Origin: the human T2T-CHM13v2.0 reference genome, Homo sapiens
Length of the DNA: 64,000 nt
Strand: one strand, 5' to 3'
Assembly (NCBI RefSeq): GCF_009914755.1
Contig: NC_060938.1
Shown here: positions 53,260 to 64,000 of the stretch, piece by piece
How positions within the stretch are numbered: the stretch's first letter is position 1
How the letters are laid out: the number at the start of each line of letters is the position of its first letter
The notes under the pieces: generated by a model
The model's input: the letters and a program-made list of their open reading frames with translations, nothing else
The model's database searches: none
What the model was told of the DNA's origin: nothing
Program-made: the position numbers and the translations under genes

Positions 53260-53625
53260 TGATATGGTTTGTCTATGTCCCCACCCAAATCTCATCCTGA
53301 ATTGTAGCTCCCACAATTCCCATGTTTCATGGGAGGGACCCAGTGGGAGGTAATTGAATCATGGGATGGGTCCTTCCCACACTGTTCTTGTCATGGTGAA
53401 TTAGTCTCACAGGATCTGATGGTTTCATAAAGGAGAGTTCCCCTACACACTCTCTTTCTCTTTGGCTGCTGCCATCCATGTAAGATATGACTTGCTCCTC
53501 CTTGCTTTCCACCATGATTGTGAGGCCTCCCCAGCCATGTGGAAATGTGAGTCCATTAAACCTCTTTTATTCATAAACCAGTCTCAGGTATGTCTTTATT
53601 AGCAGTGTGAGAACAGACTAATACA
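53260..53625 (+). mobile_element. THE1 solo LTR (THE1B/C-like)
   Basis: TGATATGGTTTG...CTAATACA; perfect 5 bp TSD ACAGA. Confidence 0.95.
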
Positions 53626-54639
53626 ACAGATAAGTTAACTAAGACTTGCTTGTAAATGTGACAAACTTGAGATCATATAGATGGCCCAATTCCAGGGCTG
53701 GGGTGGTTACATCCACTGCATAATGGCCTTGTCCACTTCATGCTAAGTGGGAGAAACTGGGATGGAAAGGCTAGTTCTCTATTGGAAACTGCATCCAGAT
53801 TGGAGGCCCATTCTAAGTTTCCCAGTGAAGAGGAATTGCAATTGAGCTTCTGCCTGTGTCATTCCAGGGCATGCTAACATTTGCTATAGGTTTACATCTA
53901 ACCTTAAATTTGTAGTTTTTTTTTCTTTTGTTGCAGATTGGTTTTCAGTGAACTGAATACTAAAAAGATATTATAGAGAGAAACAACCCGCCTGGCTGAT
54001 TGTTTCTTCCCAAAATGGATGTGATGATGAGCGAACACTTTCATTTACATAAACAATCAGTTGAAAGGCCCTCACCAAATGTGAGCATTCATATTTGATG
54101 ACATCCTGATTATAACCATAAATAACAATATTTTCATTGTTGGGTAATAAACATCATTATCCAGTGTGTTTTAGGTGAGTGGGCACTTAACGGGGTAAGA
54201 AGGAGATGATCAGGAAGATTAAGGTGAGAGCTCAGTAAGATGAGAAGAGATAACCTTGCAAATTTAAGGTATGCAATAAACATCTTTGCCAAGGGCCTGT
54301 TTGTCAATACAATTAGGTTTTTTGACTCAAACCAGATAACTTGTGCAAATAAAATGTATCACAGGAGAAAAATCTTTTAATCACCCTGCAAGCCTGTGTC
54401 AAAGGACAAAATGTGCCAGGTTCTGCCTGTGGTGAGCTCATGGTCTGGCGAGATGACCAGAGCACTCATAGACAAGCCATGACAGTGCAGTGTGAAAAAA
54501 GTGTCAGAACAAACAAAACAAGTTTCTGTGGGTCTGTTTCTGTGCAGGTGTTCTATGATCCTGTGATTCTGATTTCATTGTTTTGTTCTTTTGCTTTGTT
54601 TTGTCTTTGGTTGCTTATTTTTAAATTTCCATTTCTGTA

Positions 54640-55099
<460 letters not shown>

Positions 55100-55198
55100 A
55101 GTGAATTGTTTTAAACCTCAAAGCAGTGTACCTTATAAATAAACAAAGGAAAATAAAATTACAGAGACCAAAAGAAAAATAAATTCTAAAAAGATTAT

Positions 55199-55360
55199 CA
55201 GCCAGTGGTGGCACACACCTATAGTCCCAGCTACTCAGGAGGCTGAGGCAGGAAGATCCTTGATCCCAGGAGTTTGAGGCTGCAGGGAGCTATGATCACT
55301 CCGCTGCATTCCAGCCTGGGTGACAGGGTGACACCCTGTGTCAAAATAAAATAAAATAAT
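55199..55360 (+). mobile_element. Alu right monomer (FRAM or truncated AluJ)
   Basis: Right arm only, (AAAAT)n tail, TSD AAGATTATCA/AAGATTATGA. Confidence 0.9.
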
Positions 55361-55769
55361 AAGATTATGAAAGAGGCAGTGGTCATGAGCATAGGCGTTA
55401 GCACAGAGACAAATCCAAAACCTGGAGCTGGCATCCACAACCTGTGAGTCCCTAGAAAATGCATCTCATCTCTTTGAGGCTCAGTTTCCCCAACTGCAAA
55501 TCACCAATGACAATACCAAATTGGGAGGATAAGAACTGTGAGATTGATAGGGAGAGTTGTGCAGGTAACTGTAGTAGGACAGGTAGAAGCCCCCCATGAT
55601 GTGGCCCACAATGAGAGGTCAGGAAATATTTGCTAGTCCTATGATGAGAAGATGGCAACAATGCAGAGGTTCCACTTTGCAGCAGGTCAATAGTTTGTAT
55701 GGCCTCTAAGTTATGGATTTACTTGTTCAAAGGAAATGCCATTCATAAGGGAAGAAGAACATGTCATTG

Positions 55770-55934
55770 ATGAGTTGTGAAGAAGGTCCTTGCTTCTCCA
55801 TCACTTCTGCCATGATATAAGTTTTCTGAGGCCTCCCTGGCCATGTAAAACTGTGAGTCAATTAAACCTCCTTTCTTTATAAAATACCCAATCTCGGGTA
55901 TTTCTTTATATCAGTGTGAAAATTGACTAATACA
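55770..55934 (+). mobile_element. 3' half of a THE1/MST LTR
   Basis: GAGGCCTCCCTGGCCATG...GTGAGTCAATTAAACCTC...GACTAATACA. Confidence 0.9.
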
Positions 55935-57219
55935 TACAGCATGAGTGTCTAAGCCTCTCTGAGCCTTGCTTTTCTCATTGTTATGGGGAGGTAGTGGAAT
56001 CTGTGCTCCAGGCTAGTTGGGAGAGTTAAATGATGTGTTATATTACCTCCTGGTCCATGGTAAACACTTCCCAAATGTTGACTTCTCCTTCTTCATTCTG
56101 AAAGCAGACAATTGGGAGAAAAGCTCTGTGGTTTTTTTTTCTCCTTTGCAAACTCCAGTACATTCTCACTGACAAATCAGGACCACAAAGAGAGAGTTGA
56201 TGGGAGAGATGAATGAAGCACCAGTTCTTGCCTCTTCTTTTAATTCAAGTTTTATCTCTATGGATAAGCATCATCAGACACTGGTCAAACATTTTATGGT
56301 TTAGAAAGGAATTATAATTCAGAGAAAGAAAATTACATAAAAGGAAAGAAGTAGTTACAAAATAAGTTCTCTCATTCTATGTATCTTTTTATTTTGTACA
56401 CTAATTTCTGGATATGTCTGTTAATCAGCATTTAGCTGTTTTACAACTGGTACAATTATTTTGTCAAAGGTCATAGGGGTTTTTTGTAGTTTTTTTTAAA
56501 TTAATCTTTGAAAATAAAGTTAATTTACAGTTTATCAACTTAGATTACTAGAAATCGCTCCCACGGGCTTTTCAACTGCAACAAAACCTCAGAAAAATGA
56601 ATTTTTAAGACTAATCTGTAAGACTTAAAAACATTAATAACTATCATTGAATCAGCAGGAGAAAAAATAGACTGTCTCTTGTCTCCCTCTGCATTCAGAA
56701 CCAAGGTTTTGTATTTTCCCCATAAACATTCAGAATCTGATTTTCCTGTTCTTTTTTCCTGCAAAACAAATGGCGATTTTCCATGATGACGATAATTATA
56801 TAGCACCTAAGGGCTTAAAAACACACTCACTCTCAGGCTGTCTATGAACATGCTCTTAGCTCACTCCTGAGAAGAAAGGAGTTTTATTGACAAACTGTTT
56901 TTCAGTTGAATGAATTGAAGCTCAGGGAGGTGGGCTGGCTTAATCAAGCTCAGGTGGCTACAAGTGGTTGAGGCAGGTCTGAAAACTGAGGAAGGAACCA
57001 AGGCTGTGCACTTTCCTGTGATTAGAAAGATGGGGTCTAAATTGTACGTACTGAACAACCAAATTGAAGATAGCCCTGTCCCAATACCTAGGTCCCCTCT
57101 CTTCTCAGTCCTCCCCATCTTTAAAGCCCCAGGAAGGTATGCCCAGATTTTGAGAATTGACTACGTCATTCCAAGCCTCAGTCCAAAGTGACCAGTTGAG
57201 TGTTTCCAAAGGGCCACGG

Positions 57220-57450
57220 TGCAAGAAAGCAGAGTGGGCATCTCCTATTTGAAATTCAGGTCCTTCCCCTGACATGCATTAACCATGTGATCTTGTCCAA
57301 ATTGCTACTTCTTTTTGACCCTAATTTTCCCATCTGTAGAAAGGAAGAACAATATCCACCTAGTAGCATGATTATAAGTATTAAATAAAACAATGCATGC
57401 AAACGTATGAGGATCAGAGTTAAGCATATAATAGATGCTTAATAAGTGCT
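57220..57450 (+). mobile_element. MIR SINE
   Basis: CCATGTGATCTTGTCCAAATTGCT...TTTTCCCATCTGTAGAA. Confidence 0.75.
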
Positions 57451-57876
57451 ATCCCAATTTCTCCCTTCTCTGGAATGAGTTCACTTTGCTTGAACACATT
57501 GACGTTGATAGGCATATATGGAAAATGTGAGGTCTGGTGAAGCAGAGGTTGCAGGAGGTCAGCAAACCTGACTCTCCTTCTTCCTGAGAACATGGCAGAC
57601 CACATTAACTGGCCTCCTTTGCAGTTAGGCATTGCTGTGTGGCTCTGAATATGATGAAGAAAATGATGGTGAATTTAAAAGGATGGTTCTTTTCCTTCAG
57701 GAACACACATTAAGAATGAACTTCAGCAAGCAATAAACTTCAGATCTGGCCAATCACTGATAGTTGGGAGTTTACCTGTTATAGTGGCTAGTGTTACCTT
57801 ATCCAGTACTTACCCATGCAACGTGGTTCATTCACTTAGAAATAGCTCACACATTTACATACACAGCAACGTGTGC

Positions 57877-57905
57877 ACACACACAGACACACACACACAG
57901 ACACA

Positions 57906-57940
<35 letters not shown>
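57877..57940. repeat. Imperfect (CA)n microsatellite
   Basis: Directly visible. Confidence 0.95.
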
Positions 57941-57941
<1 letters not shown>

Positions 57942-58298
57942 AGAAATTTAACATTTTTGTGGATACAGTGAATGTTTTATGGAATTTTTAAAATTCTTGA
58001 TAGTATCGAGAATTCAAAAATTTATACTTGGAGAGACCTTCAGAGGCCAATTGACAATTTCCCTTTTATAGCTGTCTTGCAGTTGACCACCCACTGCTTG
58101 AACCTCTCCTCTGATATGGTGCCCACTGTCTCCCATGAAAATTCCTGGCCAAGACAGCTCTAAGTGTTACAATGTGGGCTTCATGACAAGATCAGAGCTG
58201 CCTTCTCTAATGCCTAGCCATTCACCAGGGCTCCACCCTCTGAGAACCAAGAGCCTGCTTGTTTTCCTATAGAAAATCCCCTTAAATAATTGAAAATA

Positions 58299-58746
58299 TA
58301 GCCAGTTCCTCCATAACCTTTGTTTTGAAAGTGCACTTTTGTTTAATGTGATTGATGTCGTAAGGAACAATGCAACATTACAAAACTACACCTAGCTAGA
58401 TGGAGCCACATAGAAATGTGAGACAACTTACCCTCCCATCTCAGGTGACCCTTCCTCCATCACTTCACAATAACTCACAAGCCTCCCTACTTCCCAGGCC
58501 CCCTTCCGCAAGCAAGCTTCAGCCCTTTCTCAAAGTTAGTGTTGCATTTATTGTAGCATGCATATATTTATTAACTACTTAACTGGTGCAAAACGGCAGT
58601 ATCTCTTCTATTAGGTCATATATTTTTAAAAATGTGTCCCTGATGAAGTTTTTAAATGTTGTGCCCTAGCCTGATTTCCTCTCTAAACCCTGGGATTGTG
58701 AGTGATTTTTAGGAACACAGATGTCACAGTGTGGCAGAACTGACTG
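58299..58746 (-). mobile_element. Tigger-family (Tigger13a-like) DNA transposon derivative
   Basis: Inverted termini TAGCCAGTTCC... / ...GCAGAACTGACTG, each flanked by TA; internal GTGATTTTTAGGAACAC motif. Confidence 0.75.
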
Positions 58747-61240
58747 TAGAACTTGCCTCTTCCTTTGGCTTGTTGATGAGATAGGGGAGTGTTTGTCATT
58801 AAGGTACATCTTCACATTCTCTCAATAGAAAAGAACCTTGCACCAGGCTTGGCCTGTGCTGGAAACTCAATGATGAGTAAACACAAGTAGTTCTTGTGTT
58901 TCCAGAGCTTACAGATTATAGTCCTCCCAACCTCTCAATTCTCCTAGGAAGAAGAACAAATAGACAAACAAAGGAGGATGACAATGAAATGGTGTAATTT
59001 CTGGCTCAGCTAATCCAACCACTGAAAACAGAGAAAAAGGAGAGAATTCATGTTGGTGGGTCACTTGCACCAGTGCCTGTGCCAGGTGTTTATATAACCA
59101 TTAGGTCCATTCAGCCCAGCTACAAGCCCTGGGGTGAGCTTTACATCTTTCATTTTGGAAGTGAGGGACTGGGGAGTTTTAGCATCTTCTGAAGACCTAG
59201 GGCTCAAATCCCATTGAGCTCTGACACTAATTCTTACGTATTTTCCAATATATCATGATTTTCCCCAGTGTGCTTTCTGCCTTACCCAGTGTCTACTCTG
59301 TTGAATTAAGGACCAAATATGTTTTTGATGCTGACGGTTCTTTGCATGGTGTTCACATATTAGCCAGGAAAGTGGGAGTTGGAACTACCAAATAAAAGTA
59401 GGCAGGATTTGCCTGACCAGGGAGGGCAAAAGACAAATACAAGTATGTAGATTATTAACAGATATTATTTGACTTCAAGCCCAATTCAGAACTAATAAAG
59501 TTTGCATAATTCATACAATCATAAAATGAAACATTTTGCAAAATTGCATCACATATGGAAGTGATGACCTATCATCTAGTATCTATGAAGTGCAAGGGTG
59601 ATTTGAAAGCTGTATTTCAAGGGGCCTTTGAGAGATCATTTGGGGCCAGAAATGGCCAATATAGTGGAGTTGTGGCCATTTGGTGCCGGCATGGCAACTA
59701 AAAGCTGGAACTGCAGCCAGGAATGCAGTAAAAAGAGACTATGCATCCTGTTTCTACGACTTATATTCATCACCGCAGACAACCAGGTAATTCAATTATC
59801 TCTGGCCTTGGAAGTCTGTGTCATGTGGTTTTTGTGCCTTTCTCTATCAGTCCCTGTTGTTCCGTCAGACCTGAGGGTGGTGGCCTTGGGCTGGATGGAG
59901 GAGGGAGAGCACTGGTGTGTACATGGACAGGAGGCTAAGAAGAAGAATCTGTGTTATTTACTCTGAAAGTGATGACAATGATCTCGTGGTCCAGAATGCA
60001 TTGTCCCTTGGAGCCCCCAGTAAGAATAACATAATTCACTTTTATAGCATCACATTTTATACAAACTATTTTGTTGGTGAAGAAAAACGTCTCATCTGAC
60101 ATGATTGCAGGGGAACTCTCCTTGTGTTCTTTCTCTCCCTTGCCCCTAATATTCTTGCGCCCATCTATAAGAGCACATAAAATGTGTGGTATGCAGGATG
60201 GTAATGAGATGGCAGACTTTTTCTAACATCAGAATTTCAATAAGGATGAAATTTGCCTCCAAAAGAGGACAGTGATCTTTTCACAAACACTGTCCTTTGT
60301 CCTGAGGCACACAAAATCCCCAAATCCCTAAAATATTTCATCTGAAGGTAAGATAATTTTGCTCTAGCTTAGGCTGAAAAAGAAAGAAGGGGGAAAAGCC
60401 ATCTATCAGATGCAGCCAGAAAAGTCCTGTTGCTTAGGGAGAAGGTAAATTAAAGGCTCCTATCTTATCTGTATTTCAATTAAAATCTTATTTTTGGTCC
60501 CCGGCAGTGCAATCCGTTGAAGTCTTTCCAAGTTAAAAAAAAAAAATGCCATTTCAGTAGGTGGACGTTAAAGAAATCTTTAATGGGTATGTTCTACATG
60601 TGATATGGGCTACTTTTCATGTGGGGGAGAAATGACATGAACAATATTTTGAAAGAGATGAAATTTATAAAAGTCAGAAGGGCAATGGATGCATTACCCT
60701 GGTGAATTCTTTCTCACAGGGTCTTTTTATTCACTGAACCCCATTTGAATATCTGCTAACCCACCCCCAATACTTAAGAAATTATAGCTAAAGAGGTTGG
60801 GGAAGGAGATCCAGGAAAGGGAGTTAGGAACTGTCTGAATATCTCGTTATCAAAATCCTTTTGAGGCACCGAGTTCAGGACTGGGATTATCACAACAAAG
60901 CAGGCAAAAAGAAAGAAGCCAGTATTCAGATTAGACCCTGCTACCCATGTGAGTAACTCTTATTGAAACAGCTTAGTAGAACCCAATGAATAAGACCTAG
61001 TGCTTCATGCCAAATTATAGACTAAATCGGGAATCAAATAATAAATAGACCAATCAACCAATCAATCAATACAATTAAATGCAAAAAAATATATAAACTA
61101 GGTTCCAAAGTAAAAATAAGGCAATTGTAAAAAGTGAGATTTATGTCAGCCATCAAGGAAACACTATTGAGTAATTTGTATGTCCACAGCATTGTGCTGT
61201 ATAATCCTTGGGGGGTAAGGATGGAGATGTGATAAAGGAG

Positions 61241-61608
61241 TGATATGGCTTGTCTCTGTGTTCCCACCCAAATCTCATCTTGAACTGTAATTCCCACATG
61301 TCTAGGGAGGGACCTGGTGGGAAGTGATTGGATCATGGGGGCAGATTTCCCCCTTGCTGTTCTTGTGATAGTGAGTGAGTTCTCATGAGATCTGGTGGTT
61401 GATAAATGTCTTATGCATCCCCTGCCCTCATTCTCTGCCCTGCCACCATGTAAGATGTGCCTTGCTACCCCTTCACCTTCTGCCATGATTGTAAGTTTCC
61501 TGAGGCCTCCCAAGCCATGTGGAACTGTGAGTCAATTAAGCCCCTTTTCTTTATAAATTACCCAGTCTCAGGTATTTCTTTATAGCAGTATGAAAACGAA
61601 CTAATATA
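61241..61608 (+). mobile_element. THE1D/MSTA-type solo LTR
   Basis: TGATATGGCTTG...CTAATATA; TSD AGGAG/AAGAG. Confidence 0.93.
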
Positions 61609-61677
61609 AAGAGTATGTTCCAGAGTGAAGGGAGGAGGTGTAGGTTCTATTGCTAGCTTTGCTACAAATGACCAAGA

Positions 61678-61999
61678 CAAAGGTCAGTAAACTTTTTCTG
61701 TGAAGGACTAGATAGTAAATATTTCAGGCTTTGCAGACCATATGGTGCCTCTTGCAACTACTCAAGTCTGCTGCTGTAGTATGAAAGCCACCGTGGACAA
61801 TATGTAAATGAATGGGCATGACTGCATTCCAATAAAATTTTCTTTATGGACATTGAGATTTGAATTTTTTACATGTCAGAAAATATTATTCGTTTTTCCC
61901 AATCATTAAAACATATAAAAACCACTCTTAACTCACAGATGATACACAGAGAGACAGTGGCCAGATTTAGCCTCTTGGTGATAGATCAGCCAAACACTG
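61678..61999. mobile_element. MER58B-like hAT-Charlie element
   Basis: GGTCAGTAAACTTTTTCTGTGAAGGACTAGATAGTAAATATTTCAGGCTTTGC start; similar flanks ACCAAGA/ATCAAGA. Confidence 0.88.
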
Positions 62000-62249
62000 A
62001 TCAAGATGATACCTCAATACCACCATAAGGTGGTCAGGTTCACTACTGAAGAAGTGATTTAGATAGTGCAAGGTGTGAATTGTGAGAGCACCTTAAGTAC
62101 TGGAGTTCCAAGAGAAAGCATCAGCAGGACTACTGTTGGGACAATTAGGCTGCATGGGGGAGGAGAGAGGCTGTGGCTCATTTGTTAGCTAGAAATGTTA
62201 TCAGAGGGAGTGATGGGCTAACAATAATAACGTAGTATGTTATCTTACT

Positions 62250-62700
62250 GAGCCAACATTTACTGAGCACTTACCCAAAGCCAGGCACTGTTCTACACAT
62301 CCTTCCAATTCTTTAAGCTTTACGTCAATGGAAAGATATAGCTGTTTTTTCTACCACAACACTGCAAATGGAGAAACTGAGGCCAGGGGAGTAAACTAAC
62401 TTGTGAGAGGGCACAGAGCTGATAAGTGATAGATCCAGAAAACACTAGAGCTGGGAATTTGGAAAATGCCATGTAGAAGTACAGACCTGGAACTCAGGGG
62501 TCAAATTGTCTGAGCTCCTATCGGGCCTTCACCCCTTGCCAGCTCCAGGAACCAGCTTCCTAAACTCTGAGCCTCACGTTCCTCCTCTGTGAGACAGAAC
62601 AATCATTGAATCTACTTTCTAACGTGAGATTGAGAAATAATCAAACTTATGGCTCATAACTAGTGACCAATAAATATTGGTTAATACTACCATTAACTAT
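62250..62700. mobile_element. Two MIRs in opposite orientation (minus ~62250-62440, plus ~62470-62700)
   Basis: GCCAGGCACTGTTCTA...GGAGAAACTGAGGC and CTCTGAGCCTCACGTTCCTCCTCTGT. Confidence 0.8.
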
Positions 62701-64000
62701 AAATTGTCCTAAGTCTTTTCAAACACATTTGAATGTGGAGCTATTAGTACAGTATATTCTTTGCTTCGAAATTCCCTCAGTCTGACTTTGATTCCTCTGA
62801 ATCTGTTCTTTGTATCAGGATTTGGCAAATGAGGCCATAGTCCCTCCATTTATAAATTCATAAATATTATGATATTGTAAACAGCAGGGAAAAGTCCTGA
62901 GGACGTTTTTAGACAGCCCCTGGAAAAGCCCCAGGAGTGCGCATGTTGTCCCAGACTCTGTTGGGTCTGGAAACATAAGCAACAACGGCACTGCTGATTG
63001 AATGCAGATTCGATGGGCTCCAAGGGACCTGGAGGCGAATCTCACCTGACCCCTGCCTTCGAGGAGGGCGACATGCAAATCACTCCCACCAGCATTCTGG
63101 GTGCGTACACAGCCAGTCCCTCAGGTGTCTCATCCTGAGGAAGACCCATATGATCAGCTCAGCAGACTCCATCTTGTTTTATGAACATCCCTAATTATTT
63201 TAGACAATGGGATTTTCAAATTTTGAGGATTTTCTTTTCTTTCCAGTAGTTCTTGATTTTAAAATCAAGATCAGATCCTACGATCCCATATTCCAAGTGC
63301 TCACATCCTAATAATTTCTGGAGATTTCATGATCTTTAGAACAAGTTCAAATCTCAAACTGTTTTTTTTTCCCCTGACGTTCAGGATCTTTCAAACTCTC
63401 ATTCTTCTATTTATACAACAGAAATTTATCAGTTTTTATTTCTATCTTTCAATACTTTTACAAAGCACAGGATCTAGCATCTCTGAAATTGGGATGTACC
63501 TTAAAATCAATGGCATACTTCCAGGACACATTCTCAACACTGTATGCCAAGGAGCACTGATGACACAGTGGACACAGCCTGCATGCATGTGTACATCAGA
63601 GGACCTACATTGCAACTTGCAGATTCTCAGAGATAATGGTAACCTGGACATAATGGTAACCAAGATTTAAGGGCACAGAATGTTTTTTAACCCCCTGGAC
63701 TCAAACAGTTGTGGGAAGTGGTGAACCAGTTGGGTTTATCAACATTCCCAAATAGGAGTCAAAAATAGGCCCGCTGTCCATAATTGCAAAGCCAACTTAA
63801 TTGTCTGGCTTCAATAACCTTTGTTCTTTGGTGCATTCTTTTAAGCAACACTGCATCATCATCATTCTTGATGGCAGAAAAACAAACACTCTATGGAACC
63901 AACACAGACTCCAACTGCCAAAGTGACTCAAGAAAGTTGCAACCTGTGAACGAGTTTTAAGACTATTAAGACCGTACCTTCCTTTTGATCACAAGAATTA

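Noticed and set aside
61034-61513. 159 aa ORF resembling 'hypothetical proteins'
   Set aside because: Antisense translation of a THE1/MST LTR; similar peptides arise from the LTRs at 48113 and 53327.

Overview
Primate (human-like) euchromatic DNA, AT-rich and dominated by interspersed repeats: ten Alu copies or fragments (AluJ, S and Y types), a ~5.7 kb old L1M, a nested L1/L1/Alu complex at ~19-29 kb, six MaLR LTRs or LTR fragments (MLT1, MST, THE1), MER58 and Tigger DNA transposons, many MIR/L2 relics and several microsatellites. No recognisable protein-coding gene, tRNA, rRNA or CRISPR is present, and the ORF track looks like chance or repeat-derived frames. Repeat-free islands at ~15.6-16.1 kb, ~29.9-30.6 kb and ~44.7-45.6 kb look like constrained or regulatory sequence. 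Several plus-strand splice sites suggest a spliced, probably non-coding, transcript, and one exon chain stays in frame for 112 codons. Other points of interest are an ~80 bp inverted repeat pair at 1.5/2.4 kb, a ~110 bp direct duplication around an L1 insertion, and a pristine 50 bp Alu stub with a perfect 15 bp TSD. Repeat family names come from recalled consensus sequences, not a database search; boundaries of old repeats are approximate, and I cannot identify the locus.
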